Assembly: GCA_044224875.1 (NCBI GenBank)
Contig: JBGAJQ010000001.1
Span: 32,001 to 96,000, forward strand
DNA from: Gemmatimonadaceae bacterium
GTDB lineage: Bacteria; Gemmatimonadota; Gemmatimonadetes; Gemmatimonadales; Gemmatimonadaceae
DNA length: 64,000 bases
Direction: 5' to 3'
A model generated the notes under the pieces. It had not been told where the DNA came from, did not search any database, and saw only the letters and a list, made by a program, of their open reading frames with translations. Below, one piece after another: positions 49,356 to 58,697 of this stretch. The stretch's first letter is position 1. The number at the start of each line of letters is the position of its first letter. Made by a program: the position numbers and the translations under genes.

Positions 49356-51632
49356 CTAGATCCTGGCCAGGTACGTCAACTTCAGGCGAAGGCCGCGCGA
49401 CCGCAGGTCCCACGCCGAGCGCTCGCCACCCCGTTCCTCGTTCAGCACGACGAAGAAGTCGCTGCCCGGCCGATAGATGAAGTTCAAGCGGGCGTTCACC
49501 GACACGTCACGGGTCAACGAGTTGTATTGGAGCAATGAGTTGAGGGACAAGCGCGTGGTAAAGGCGTAGGCGGCCCGTACGGAGATCAGGTGAACGTCAA
49601 AGTCGCCGTTAGGCAGATTGGCGCGACTGAAGGCATACCCACCCTTGAGTCCGAGATGGATGCTCGGGGCCGCCGACAGGTTGCCCGAGACGTGCGTGAC
49701 GTGCCCCCCGAACTCCTGCAGGTATTCCGCGTTGACGTCCACCGACAGGAGGCGGGAAGTGGCGCTCTGTGCAAAGACCGACATGCTGCGATAGGAGTAG
49801 TCGCCGACGTCGACCCGAACGGTATCCGCCAGGTCAAACGACTCGGTCAGGCGGTTCCGACCAACCGTGTAGAAGATGCCCAGTCCGTCTTCCGTGTTGA
49901 AGATCGGCCGGAAGCCGAAGCTCATGGTGTAGTCCTGCCGACGCCATCCCGTGTCGGCGAACACATCGTTCCACATCAGGAGGTTGATGCGGCGCAGGTT
50001 GAGCTGCTGCGGGCGTAACGTGTAGCGAAGGTTCGCCTGGGTACGGCGGATGTTGGTGCGTGTCACGAACCCCGCGTCGGCCGTGGCGTCGGGTCCCACG
50101 TACAAGTGCTGGGATGTGATGCCGAACCGGCTCGTTTGATAGTCCGCGGCCACGCGATAGGCTGCACCATCGCCACCGGGCCCCTTGGTGCTCGTGCCGG
50201 CCACGAAGCCCTGGACGTTGAAGGCGGATGCCGGCCAGAAGGACCAATCCAATCCCCCCGCGGTGTTCCAGGTGCTGTCGGAGCGACGATCGACGACCAT
50301 CGCTCCCACGTAGTTCGCTCCGCCAATATCGCGTTTGAGGCGCGCGACGTTGAACGCCGTGCGTGGTTCCCCATACTTGTCCCGCGTCATCACCGACAGG
50401 AAGCCTAACGTCTGCTGTCCCACGCGACCCGTGAGGCGCCCTCCACCCAGGACGGGAATGGCGCCGGAATCGGAAATGCCGACCTGACGCGAAAAGAACA
50501 GTTGAAAGGGCGGCGGCTCGAAGTTGCCCCGCGCGCCAAACTCGAAGACCCCGGAATTCTCGAGAAAAAACTCACGCTTCTCCGGGAAGAACAGGTCAAA
50601 CCTCGTCAGGTTCACCTGCTGGTCATCCGCTTCGACCTGGGCAAAGTCCGTGTTGTACGTCAGGTCAAGCACGAGTCCTGGTCGCACTTCCGACTTGAAG
50701 TCCACCCCCAGGCCACCGGTCGTGGAGCGCGACATCGCGGCATCCAGGGGACGTGACTCATCTCCGCCGCCCAGCACATACGGCCGCACGTCCGCATTCA
50801 AGCCGGGGCTCGGCAGGTCCGCCAGCTCCGTCAGGTGCCCCGCACGGCTGACACGGGCAAACCCTTCATTGGAGCGTGAGAAGGAACGCCACAACGTCTC
50901 CTCGTTCTTGCGGCGGATAATGCGATAGGCATTGAAGCCCCACGTCGCGGGACTGGATGGATACCGAAGCGTCCGAAAGGGTATGGCGAACTCCGCGGAC
51001 CACCCATCAGCCGTCCGTTTCGACGACACACTCCAGATGCCACGCCAATCCACGTTGAATTCACGCCCTTCGTCGGTGAGCAGGGCATCGAATTCGGCGC
51101 CGTTCGGATTGGTCGCGAAGACGAATGCGTTTCGGTGATCGTGAAAGGGATCGAAGAGAATGGCGATCGCGTCGTCGCCAGCGAATTTCGGCTTTCCATC
51201 AAAATCCGCGATCATGACCTTGTCGCGTGCCAGGATGCGCGCGATGACGCTGCGCGGAGTACGATCGCGGGCCGTCACACCGACGTACATCGTACCGGCG
51301 TCATATACAATTCGGATTTCCGTCTCCTCCGTGGCGGGAGCACCTTCCGTCGGCTCCTTCTGGCGAAAACCGGAAATCGGCGACGCTTCACGCCAGACGG
51401 CTTCCGAAAGCAAGCCATCCACGCGCATCGCGCTGGCTTCAGCGCTCGAGAGCCGGCGAGCCGGTAACGTGTCGGCTGAGACGACCGGCGGACTCACCGA
51501 CTGCGCGCCCACTTCGCTGCTTCCGCCGGTCAGCAGGGCCGCTGTGACCGCGAATGCCAGGTGCCAAACGCAGCTTTCATTGCGTCTCCCGACACGGTGC
51601 TGGGGCAGGAAGACGCGTTCGGTCGACGGCAT
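49356..51632 (-). CDS. CBM9-like + DUF5916 outer-membrane protein
   Basis: VDGLLSEAVW, WSAEFAIPF, NTDFAQVEAD, FFPEKREFFLE. Beta-barrel-like C-terminus. Confidence 0.82.
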   Translation of the reverse strand: MPSTERVFLPQHRVGRRNESCVWHLAFAVTAALLTGGSSEVGAQSVSPPVVSADTLPARRLSSAEASAMRVDGLLSEAVWREASPISGFRQKEPTEGAPATEETEIRIVYDAGTMYVGVTARDRTPRSVIARILARDKVMIADFDGKPKFAGDDAIAILFDPFHDHRNAFVFATNPNGAEFDALLTDEGREFNVDWRGIWSVSSKRTADGWSAEFAIPFRTLRYPSSPATWGFNAYRIIRRKNEETLWRSFSRSNEGFARVSRAGHLTELADLPSPGLNADVRPYVLGGGDESRPLDAAMSRSTTGGLGVDFKSEVRPGLVLDLTYNTDFAQVEADDQQVNLTRFDLFFPEKREFFLENSGVFEFGARGNFEPPPFQLFFSRQVGISDSGAIPVLGGGRLTGRVGQQTLGFLSVMTRDKYGEPRTAFNVARLKRDIGGANYVGAMVVDRRSDSTWNTAGGLDWSFWPASAFNVQGFVAGTSTKGPGGDGAAYRVAADYQTSRFGITSQHLYVGPDATADAGFVTRTNIRRTQANLRYTLRPQQLNLRRINLLMWNDVFADTGWRRQDYTMSFGFRPIFNTEDGLGIFYTVGRNRLTESFDLADTVRVDVGDYSYRSMSVFAQSATSRLLSVDVNAEYLQEFGGHVTHVSGNLSAAPSIHLGLKGGYAFSRANLPNGDFDVHLISVRAAYAFTTRLSLNSLLQYNSLTRDVSVNARLNFIYRPGSDFFVVLNEERGGERSAWDLRSRGLRLKLTYLARI

Positions 51633-51701
51633 GCGAAGCAGGGTTTGAGCAAGAGCACGAACCGCGGCCGGGAGCGTGCGCGCGGTAATCTACCGACGCG
51701 C

Positions 51702-53363
51702 TCAGACCGTGCGGAGGTACTGATGCACCATGCTGACCGTGGCCGACCCTTCACCAACGGCGGCGGCCACTCGCTTTCCGGAGCCGTGTCGTACGTCGCC
51801 AGCCGCAAATATTCCCGGAACGCTCGTCTCGTAGAAGTACGGCTGTCGTTCCAGTGGCCAGCGCGCCGCCGCGCGCTGCTCCGCGTTCAAGTCGTTGCCC
51901 GTCAGGATGAATCCCTGGCTGTCGCGGAGCACGAGGTCTGAGACGATATCGGTGCGTGGCATGGTGCCGATGAAGACAAAAACGGCCGATGCCGGCACTT
52001 CCACCTCCGTGCCATCGGCGTCTCGGCGCAGCACGAGAGACTCCAACCGAACCTCGCCACGCGCGGCGAGGACGGACGTGCGCGTCATGACCCGGATGTT
52101 CGGCGTGTCGGTGATGCGTTCGACGAGGTACTGCGACATGGAGGCGCCCAGCGACTCACCGCGCACCACCATGGTCACGGATCGTGCGTAACGGGAAAAG
52201 AACAGCGCGCCTTGGCCCGCGGAGTTGGCGCCACCCACCACGAAGATGTCCTGACCCCGGTACGTCGTGGCCTCGCTCAAGGCGGCTCCGTAGTAGACGC
52301 CAACGCCGTTGAGTGCGTCAGCGCCCGGCACATCGAGCATCCGTACCTCCATGCCGGACGCCACAAGGAGCGCATAGGCCGAGAGTTCGGTCCCATCCGC
52401 CAACCTAACGATGCGATACGGGTCGTCGCGCCGTACCGAGACGGCGTCCTGCGCCGCGAGGATCTCGACGCCAAAGCGGCGCGCCTGGGTCGCGGCACGC
52501 CGCGCCAGGTCGCCTCCGGAAATTCCACTCGGGAACCCAAGGTAGTTCTCGATCATGGAACTCGTGCCCGCTTGTCCACCTGGCGCCCGCCGTTCGACAA
52601 GCACGGTATGCAGACCTTCAGAACCCGCATAGACGGCCGCCGCCAGGCCGGCCGGTCCGCCACCTACAACAATCAGGTCATAGAAGGGGCGCTGCGCCTT
52701 CGTCTGCATGCCGAGCTTTTCCGCCAGCTCACGATGGTCGGGGCGCACCAGTAGCGTGCCATCGGGAAAGAATACCACCGGCAGCTTCGACAATCCCTCA
52801 GCCTGGGCCAGGACGAGCTCGCGTGTTGGTGCATCGTGATCCAGGTCGACCCAGCGATACGGGACCTGGTTCGTGGATAGGAATTCGCGGACGCTGTAGC
52901 TGGGCGCTGAGAGCGACGTGCCCGCCACCCGGATCCCTTCGTACGTCGGCTGGGCGCGTGCCGACCAGTCGGCGAGCAGATCGTCCAGCACAGGATAGAG
53001 CCGCTGAGCCGGTGGCTCCCACGGCTTGAGCAGGTAGTAATCCAGCCCAATGCGGTTGATCGCAGCGATCGCCGTTTCGGTGTCCGCATACGCAGTCAGC
53101 AGGACTCGGCGTGCGTCGGGATACAGCTTGAGCGCTTCCACCAGGAACTGCGTGCCCGTCATCTCGGGCATGCGCTCGTCCACCAGGAACAGGGCAATCG
53201 CGGTCCCACGCTGTTTGAGCTGTCGAACGGCCTCCAACGCTTGGGGCCCCGACGATGCCCGCACCGTGCGGTACGTCGCTTGATAGTGCTGCCGAAGGTC
53301 CCGCTCGATCGCCGAGAGCACCTGCGGATCGTCGTCCACCGCAAGAATGACTGGTCGGTTCAT
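51702..53363 (-). CDS. Response-regulator receiver fused to thioredoxin reductase-like FAD oxidoreductase
   Basis: ILAVDDD, DERMPEM, LLTAY, KPW, then GGGPAG, GGANSAGQ, FAAGDVRHGS. Confidence 0.9.
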   Translation of the reverse strand: MNRPVILAVDDDPQVLSAIERDLRQHYQATYRTVRASSGPQALEAVRQLKQRGTAIALFLVDERMPEMTGTQFLVEALKLYPDARRVLLTAYADTETAIAAINRIGLDYYLLKPWEPPAQRLYPVLDDLLADWSARAQPTYEGIRVAGTSLSAPSYSVREFLSTNQVPYRWVDLDHDAPTRELVLAQAEGLSKLPVVFFPDGTLLVRPDHRELAEKLGMQTKAQRPFYDLIVVGGGPAGLAAAVYAGSEGLHTVLVERRAPGGQAGTSSMIENYLGFPSGISGGDLARRAATQARRFGVEILAAQDAVSVRRDDPYRIVRLADGTELSAYALLVASGMEVRMLDVPGADALNGVGVYYGAALSEATTYRGQDIFVVGGANSAGQGALFFSRYARSVTMVVRGESLGASMSQYLVERITDTPNIRVMTRTSVLAARGEVRLESLVLRRDADGTEVEVPASAVFVFIGTMPRTDIVSDLVLRDSQGFILTGNDLNAEQRAAARWPLERQPYFYETSVPGIFAAGDVRHGSGKRVAAAVGEGSATVSMVHQYLRTV

Positions 53364-53515
53364 GCCGGGTTCCGAATCAAGCCGATGCTCCCACAGGGGT
53401 ACGGTCCCAGAAGCTCGGCCAACGCACCGCACGGCGCCAGTCACTCCCGTTACGGTTGACATCGTGCCGCCCACAAGCCCAGCGTGAATGGACGCTCATT
53501 TTCCGGAGACGATGC

Positions 53516-53794
53516 ATGTCAGCGCGCGCGCACGTGGCCTGCTCACACCTGGCGACCGTAAACGAGGTCGCGCCCGCAGCCCGCGTCTGTGAAGAATGCG
53601 TGGCCATGGGGGATCGTTGGGTACACCTGCGCGTCTGCCTGTCATGCGGCAAGGTAGGATGCTGTGATAGTTCAAAGAACAAGCATGCGACCAACCATCA
53701 TCACGCCTCCGGACACCCGCTGGTGCGGTCGATGGAACCGGGCGAGGACTGGATCTGGTGCTACGTCGATCAGGTGGTGCTGATGAGAGACTGA
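53516..53794 (+). CDS. UBP-type zinc finger protein
   Basis: CSH, CEEC, HLRVCLSCGKVGCCDSS..KHA..H, WCY. Confidence 0.85.
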   Translation: MSARAHVACSHLATVNEVAPAARVCEECVAMGDRWVHLRVCLSCGKVGCCDSSKNKHATNHHHASGHPLVRSMEPGEDWIWCYVDQVVLMRD

Positions 53795-55209
53795 GCCGGG
53801 GGCGGCTCAACACCGCCAGAGGCGGGAAAACGGACGAGAAACTCGGTCCGGCCCTGCTTGGAGTTGACCTCGATCACGCCGTTGTATCGACCCACGATGC
53901 GCTGCACGATGTCCAGTCCCAGTCCGGTCCCCTGACCGACGGGCTTGGTGGTGTAGAACGCGTCGAACATGCGCAACTGCACGTCGGCCGGAATGCCCTT
54001 GCCGTCATCCACGACGCTGATGCTGACCCAGGGACCGTCGTGACGCACCGTCACATCCACCCGCGACGTGGCAGCGTCCAGGGCGTTGTCCACGAGGTTC
54101 GCCCAGACCTGGTTGAGTTCTCCCCCATTGGCCCAGACGCTGGGGAGTGGCGGTTCCATGTGCGTCACGATCGCAACGTGCCGCTGTCGCGCCTTGGAGC
54201 CGGCGATGGCGATCACGTCATTCATCCCGACCGACACGTCCACCGGTTCGGCACCACCGGCGCGGTCCATGTACGTGTGACGCTTGATGGCAGCGACGAG
54301 GTCGTGCACGCGCGTGGCGGCCGACTGGACCTCCTTGGTGAGCGTCCGCGTTAGGCTGCCGGCGGCGACCCATTGGATGGCGGCATCGAGCGACGCCTGA
54401 GGGAGCACGTCTGCCAGGGCGTCGAGCGACTCGAGTTCGAGTGACGTGTCGGCCAGCGTCGGACCAGAGCGCACGTCGACCCCGTGTGCCGCCAGCCACT
54501 CCGCAAACTGTTCCTCGCGATCAGCACGCTCGAGCGGCGCCCGGAACAGCTGCGACGTGGAAGCCAACGCGGTCTCGTGCACATGATCGATCGCGTCCAG
54601 CTGCAGCGATGTCATCGCCTGGCCAGCGAGGGCTCGCCCGGCACGCTCCGATTCGTCCAACGCGACGGCGAGTTGTTGGGCGCTGCGAGCCGCCGCCGAT
54701 GACGGATTCCCCAACTCGTGTGCGAGACCCGCCGCCAATCGGCCCAGCGACATCAGCTTCTCATCCTGCCAGTCACTCGACGAAAACGCGCGCGCCCTGT
54801 CCAGCATGACGTGTACCATGGTCGCGGTACACACCGGGCAGGCGCGGATGAGTTCCGGGAAGTGGCCCTTGGCCACCAGCAACGTGCGAATGTCCTCATC
54901 GACGAGTACCGGGCCCGGTGATGCCGCGAGTCGCGAGTAGGGAAGCGTTCCGCCAACATCACCCCCACGCCACTCGATGACCTTGCGTGGACCGCCGCCC
55001 CGATCGACATAGATCGCGTACCGGCCGGACAGCATGATCACGAGGTCCTCCACCTGCAACGACCCATCAAGGACCTCATCGCCAACGGCGTATTCACGAT
55101 ACCTGGCGTGATCGAGGAGCCATTCGTGTTCGCCATGCGGTGCCGAGCCGAGCGTGCGATGGTTGCGCAGCTCCCGCAGCAGTTCATCTCGACTGGGCGT
55201 CATCGGCAT
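53770..55209 (-). CDS. Cytoplasmic sensor histidine kinase with N-terminal cNMP-binding-like domain
   Basis: GLAHELGNP, NQVWANLVDNA, DDGKGI, FYTTKPVGQGTGLGL. Confidence 0.9.
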   Translation of the reverse strand: MPMTPSRDELLRELRNHRTLGSAPHGEHEWLLDHARYREYAVGDEVLDGSLQVEDLVIMLSGRYAIYVDRGGGPRKVIEWRGGDVGGTLPYSRLAASPGPVLVDEDIRTLLVAKGHFPELIRACPVCTATMVHVMLDRARAFSSSDWQDEKLMSLGRLAAGLAHELGNPSSAAARSAQQLAVALDESERAGRALAGQAMTSLQLDAIDHVHETALASTSQLFRAPLERADREEQFAEWLAAHGVDVRSGPTLADTSLELESLDALADVLPQASLDAAIQWVAAGSLTRTLTKEVQSAATRVHDLVAAIKRHTYMDRAGGAEPVDVSVGMNDVIAIAGSKARQRHVAIVTHMEPPLPSVWANGGELNQVWANLVDNALDAATSRVDVTVRHDGPWVSISVVDDGKGIPADVQLRMFDAFYTTKPVGQGTGLGLDIVQRIVGRYNGVIEVNSKQGRTEFLVRFPASGGVEPPPAQSLISTT

Positions 55210-55293
55210 GGGATCATGATTCGCAGACAGTGAATCCGCGGTTCCCCGGATTCGTTCCGGAACGACGCGGCTGACGGGACCACCACCAAGTCG

Positions 55294-56928
55294 TTAGGCT
55301 GTGACCACACCGGCAGCGTTCGTGAGGTCTAGCTCCACGACGGCCAGTTCGCGCATCTTGAACTTCTGGATCTTGCCGGTGACCGTCATCGGATACGCGT
55401 CCACGAACTTCCAGTATCGCGGGATCTTGAAGGTCGAAATCCGACCGCGGCAGAATGCGGTGAGCTCTTCCTCGGTCACTGCCGCCCCGGGCCGAACCTT
55501 GATCCACGCCATCACTTCCTCGCCATACCGCTCACTTGGCACGCCAATGACCTGTGCATCGAGCACGGCAGGATGCGTGTACAAGAACTCCTCCACTTCG
55601 CGAGGATAAATGTTCTCCCCGCCGCGAATGATCATGTCCTTGATCCGCCCCACGATGTTCAAGTAGCCATCGTTATCCATCGTAGCAAGGTCGCCGGTAT
55701 GCATCCACCCCGCGCGGTCGATGGCCTTGTCTGTCGCACTCGCGTCATTCCAATAACCCAGCATGACCGAGTATCCACGCGTGCAGAACTCGCCCTTCGC
55801 TCCGCGTGGCACGACACGCCCCGACTCGGGGTCGATCACCTTCACCTCGATATGCGGATGGACCCGCCCCACGGTACCCACCCGCTTGTCCAAAGGATCG
55901 TCGGTGAGACTCTGGGTGGACACGGGCGACGTCTCCGTCATCCCGTAACAAATGGTCACTTCGGTCATATGCATCACGTGTTGCACCTGCTTCATGACCT
56001 CCACCGGACACGGCGATCCGGCCATGACGCCAGTGCGCAAGGTGGACAGGTCGAAGGTGACGAAATCCGGCAGGGCCAACTCGGCGATGAACATGCTCGG
56101 CACCCCGTAGAGCGAGGTGCAACGTTCCGCTTGGACAGCCTCCAACGTCAACGTCGGATCAAACGCCTCCGCCGGCACCACCATGCACGCACCCACGGAA
56201 GTGCAGGCAAGATTCCCGATCACCATCCCGAAGCAGTGATAGAACGGAACGGGAATGCAGACCCGGTCTCGCTCGGTGTAGCGTAGTCGCTGCGCGATGA
56301 AATAGCCGTTGTTCAGGATGTTGTGATGCGAAAGCGTTGCCCCCTTCGGAAATCCCGTCGTGCCGGACGTGTACTGGATGTTGATCGGATCGTCGAACTG
56401 CAGTCGCGATTCACGCTCGGCCAGGGCGCCCGGGTTCGCGTCCCTGGCCCGCGCCAGGAGCGCGTCCCACGCATCGTCGATCACCACCGTCTGCTCCAAC
56501 GCGGGGCACCGCGGCCGTACCTCGTCGACCATGCCCGAGTAGTCGCTGGTGCGAAAGCGCTTCGCCAGCAGCAACAAGCGAGCGCCCGACTGCTTCAGGA
56601 CATACTCCAGCTCCGCCGTCTTGTATGCCGGGTTCACGTTGACGAGGATCGCCCCCACGCGGGCCGTGGCGTACTGCGTCACTACCCACTCGTATCGGTT
56701 CGGTGACCAGATCGCGACGCGATCACCCTGTTCGATCCCGAGTGCCAGTAACGCCTCGGCCAACTGGCTGGTTGCCTCCCACAGCGCACCATATGTCGCG
56801 CGATAACCCTGCGAGCGTACCACCAAGGCCTCGCGGTCGGGAAACCGCGCCGCGGTGCGCCGCAGGTTGTCGCCGATCGTCTCGCCGAGAAGCGGGACCT
56901 CCGAGGGGCCGTTCACGTAGGACAGCAA
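55294..56928 (-). CDS. AMP-binding acyl-CoA synthetase (ACSF2-like)
   Basis: [45 protein letters not shown] start after a GGAG RBS is inferred. Confidence 0.9.
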   Translation of the reverse strand: MLSYVNGPSEVPLLGETIGDNLRRTAARFPDREALVVRSQGYRATYGALWEATSQLAEALLALGIEQGDRVAIWSPNRYEWVVTQYATARVGAILVNVNPAYKTAELEYVLKQSGARLLLLAKRFRTSDYSGMVDEVRPRCPALEQTVVIDDAWDALLARARDANPGALAERESRLQFDDPINIQYTSGTTGFPKGATLSHHNILNNGYFIAQRLRYTERDRVCIPVPFYHCFGMVIGNLACTSVGACMVVPAEAFDPTLTLEAVQAERCTSLYGVPSMFIAELALPDFVTFDLSTLRTGVMAGSPCPVEVMKQVQHVMHMTEVTICYGMTETSPVSTQSLTDDPLDKRVGTVGRVHPHIEVKVIDPESGRVVPRGAKGEFCTRGYSVMLGYWNDASATDKAIDRAGWMHTGDLATMDNDGYLNIVGRIKDMIIRGGENIYPREVEEFLYTHPAVLDAQVIGVPSERYGEEVMAWIKVRPGAAVTEEELTAFCRGRISTFKIPRYWKFVDAYPMTVTGKIQKFKMRELAVVELDLTNAAGVVTA

Positions 56929-57126
56929 GGCGTCTCCAGAGCTCAGTCGGCGATACGATACGGAGGGCCCCCTCTGGCGTCGAGGACGGCCTGTCAGTGA
57001 GTTGCCCCCTTTTGCGTCAGGGATTTCTGGGTGCCGAACGGCAATCACCAGACCCACCATTCAGCATTCGCGCGACGCGGCAACGCGTCGCGTGACCGGC
57101 TGCGTCCCTTCCCTAGACCACTCCAT

Positions 57127-58581
57127 ATGACGTCACAGAATCCGCTACCCCGACTCATTCAAGGCGGCATGGGGGTGGGTGTCTCCAACTGGCGACTTGC
57201 CCGCGCCGTGTCGTCGCGAGGCCATCTGGGTGTGGTGTCCGGAACGGTGATCGATACGCTGCTCGTCCGGCGCCTCCAGGACGGCGACCCCGGCGGAGAC
57301 ATGCGGCGCGCCATCGCTCGCTTCCCGATTCCCGCCGTCGCCGAGGAGGTCTTGCGACGGTTCTTCGTCGAAGGGGGAATTGCCGCCAACGCCCCCTACG
57401 CGCTGCTCCCCATGTGGCGACAACACGTGTCGGCGTTTCGCGAACAGGTCGCTGCGCTAGCTGCGTTCGTTGAGGTGACGCTCGCCAAGGAGGGGCACTC
57501 CGGACCGGTCGGGATAAACCTGCTGACCAAGGTGCAGATGCCGAACATGGCGACCTTGTACGGCGCCATGCTCGCAGGAGTCAACGTGGTGTTGATGGGC
57601 GCGGGCATCCCGAAGGAGATCCCAGGGGTGTTGGACAGCTTGGCGCAGCATCAGCCGACGGAGATGCGCTTCGACGTTGAGAATCTCCCGTCGGGACGAG
57701 TCGAATTTCTCAAGTTTGACCCTCGCCGCCACTGGGAGGCGTCGCCGCCAACTCCGCTAGAGCGCCCGCAGTTCCTGGCGATCATCTCGGCTAACTCGCT
57801 CGCCGCAACGCTGGCTAGGAAGTCGAGCGGACGAGTCGATGGTTTTGTTGTTGAGGGACCGACCGCTGGCGGTCACAACGCTCCACCGCGCGGCGAAATG
57901 AAGCTGAACGAGCGCGCCGAGCCCATTTACGGCGAACGTGATGTCGTGGACTTGGAGAAGATGCGGGAATTGGGTCTTCCGTTCTGGATCGCCGGCGGCA
58001 CCGGCTCGCGAGGAGCGCTGGAGCGTGCCCTGGAGGCGGGAGCGGCCGGCGTTCAAGTAGGCACCCTCTTCGCGTTCTGCGATGAATCTGGCATCGATGC
58101 CGCGCTCAAGATGCGCATTCTCGAGTCCGTGAACTGCGGTCGGGTCGAAGTACTGACTGACGCCCTGGCATCGCCAACGGAATATCCCTTCAAGGTGTTG
58201 CACATGCTGGGCGATCCGGACGATGCCCGCCGGGCGAATCGCTCGCGCATCTGCGACTTGGGATATCTGCGTTCGGCGTTCGCGTCCTCGGACGGGTCGA
58301 TCGACTATCGATGCGCGGCAGAGCCGGTGGACCAGTTCATCACTAAGGGCGGCACCGAAGCGCAAACGCAACAGCGCCGGTGCCTGTGCAACGGACTGCT
58401 GGCCAACCTGGGCCACGGCCAACGGCGAGGCGATGCCGGGGAGGAACCGCCGCTCATTACCTCCGGATCCGACCTTTCCAACCTTCGCGAGCTGGCTGCT
58501 GGACGCTCTTCTTACAGCGCGGACGAGGTCATCGACTGGATCATGACGGGCGTTCGCGAGCCGCAGCTTGTGAACAGCTAA
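57127..58581 (+). CDS. Nitronate monooxygenase / 2-nitropropane dioxygenase family flavoprotein
   Basis: IQGGMGVGVS, MGAGIP, EGPTAGGHN, IAGG, GVQVGTLF. Confidence 0.85.
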   Translation: MTSQNPLPRLIQGGMGVGVSNWRLARAVSSRGHLGVVSGTVIDTLLVRRLQDGDPGGDMRRAIARFPIPAVAEEVLRRFFVEGGIAANAPYALLPMWRQHVSAFREQVAALAAFVEVTLAKEGHSGPVGINLLTKVQMPNMATLYGAMLAGVNVVLMGAGIPKEIPGVLDSLAQHQPTEMRFDVENLPSGRVEFLKFDPRRHWEASPPTPLERPQFLAIISANSLAATLARKSSGRVDGFVVEGPTAGGHNAPPRGEMKLNERAEPIYGERDVVDLEKMRELGLPFWIAGGTGSRGALERALEAGAAGVQVGTLFAFCDESGIDAALKMRILESVNCGRVEVLTDALASPTEYPFKVLHMLGDPDDARRANRSRICDLGYLRSAFASSDGSIDYRCAAEPVDQFITKGGTEAQTQQRRCLCNGLLANLGHGQRRGDAGEEPPLITSGSDLSNLRELAAGRSSYSADEVIDWIMTGVREPQLVNS

Positions 58582-58697
58582 GACTGGTGCCGCTGAGGGC
58601 GCACGGTTCGCTCGCCGGTGGCGGGTCAGGGCTTGTCGGGCGAGCGCCGATGTGACAGCGTCTAGCGGCAGCGGACCACGTTCCTTCAGAGGCGCTG

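Noticed and set aside
56941..57060. c-di-GMP-I riboswitch-like words (GACGCAAA, GGCAAC) upstream of the acyl-CoA synthetase
   Set aside because: Order is reversed relative to the consensus, and no GNRA-capped P2 stem is present.
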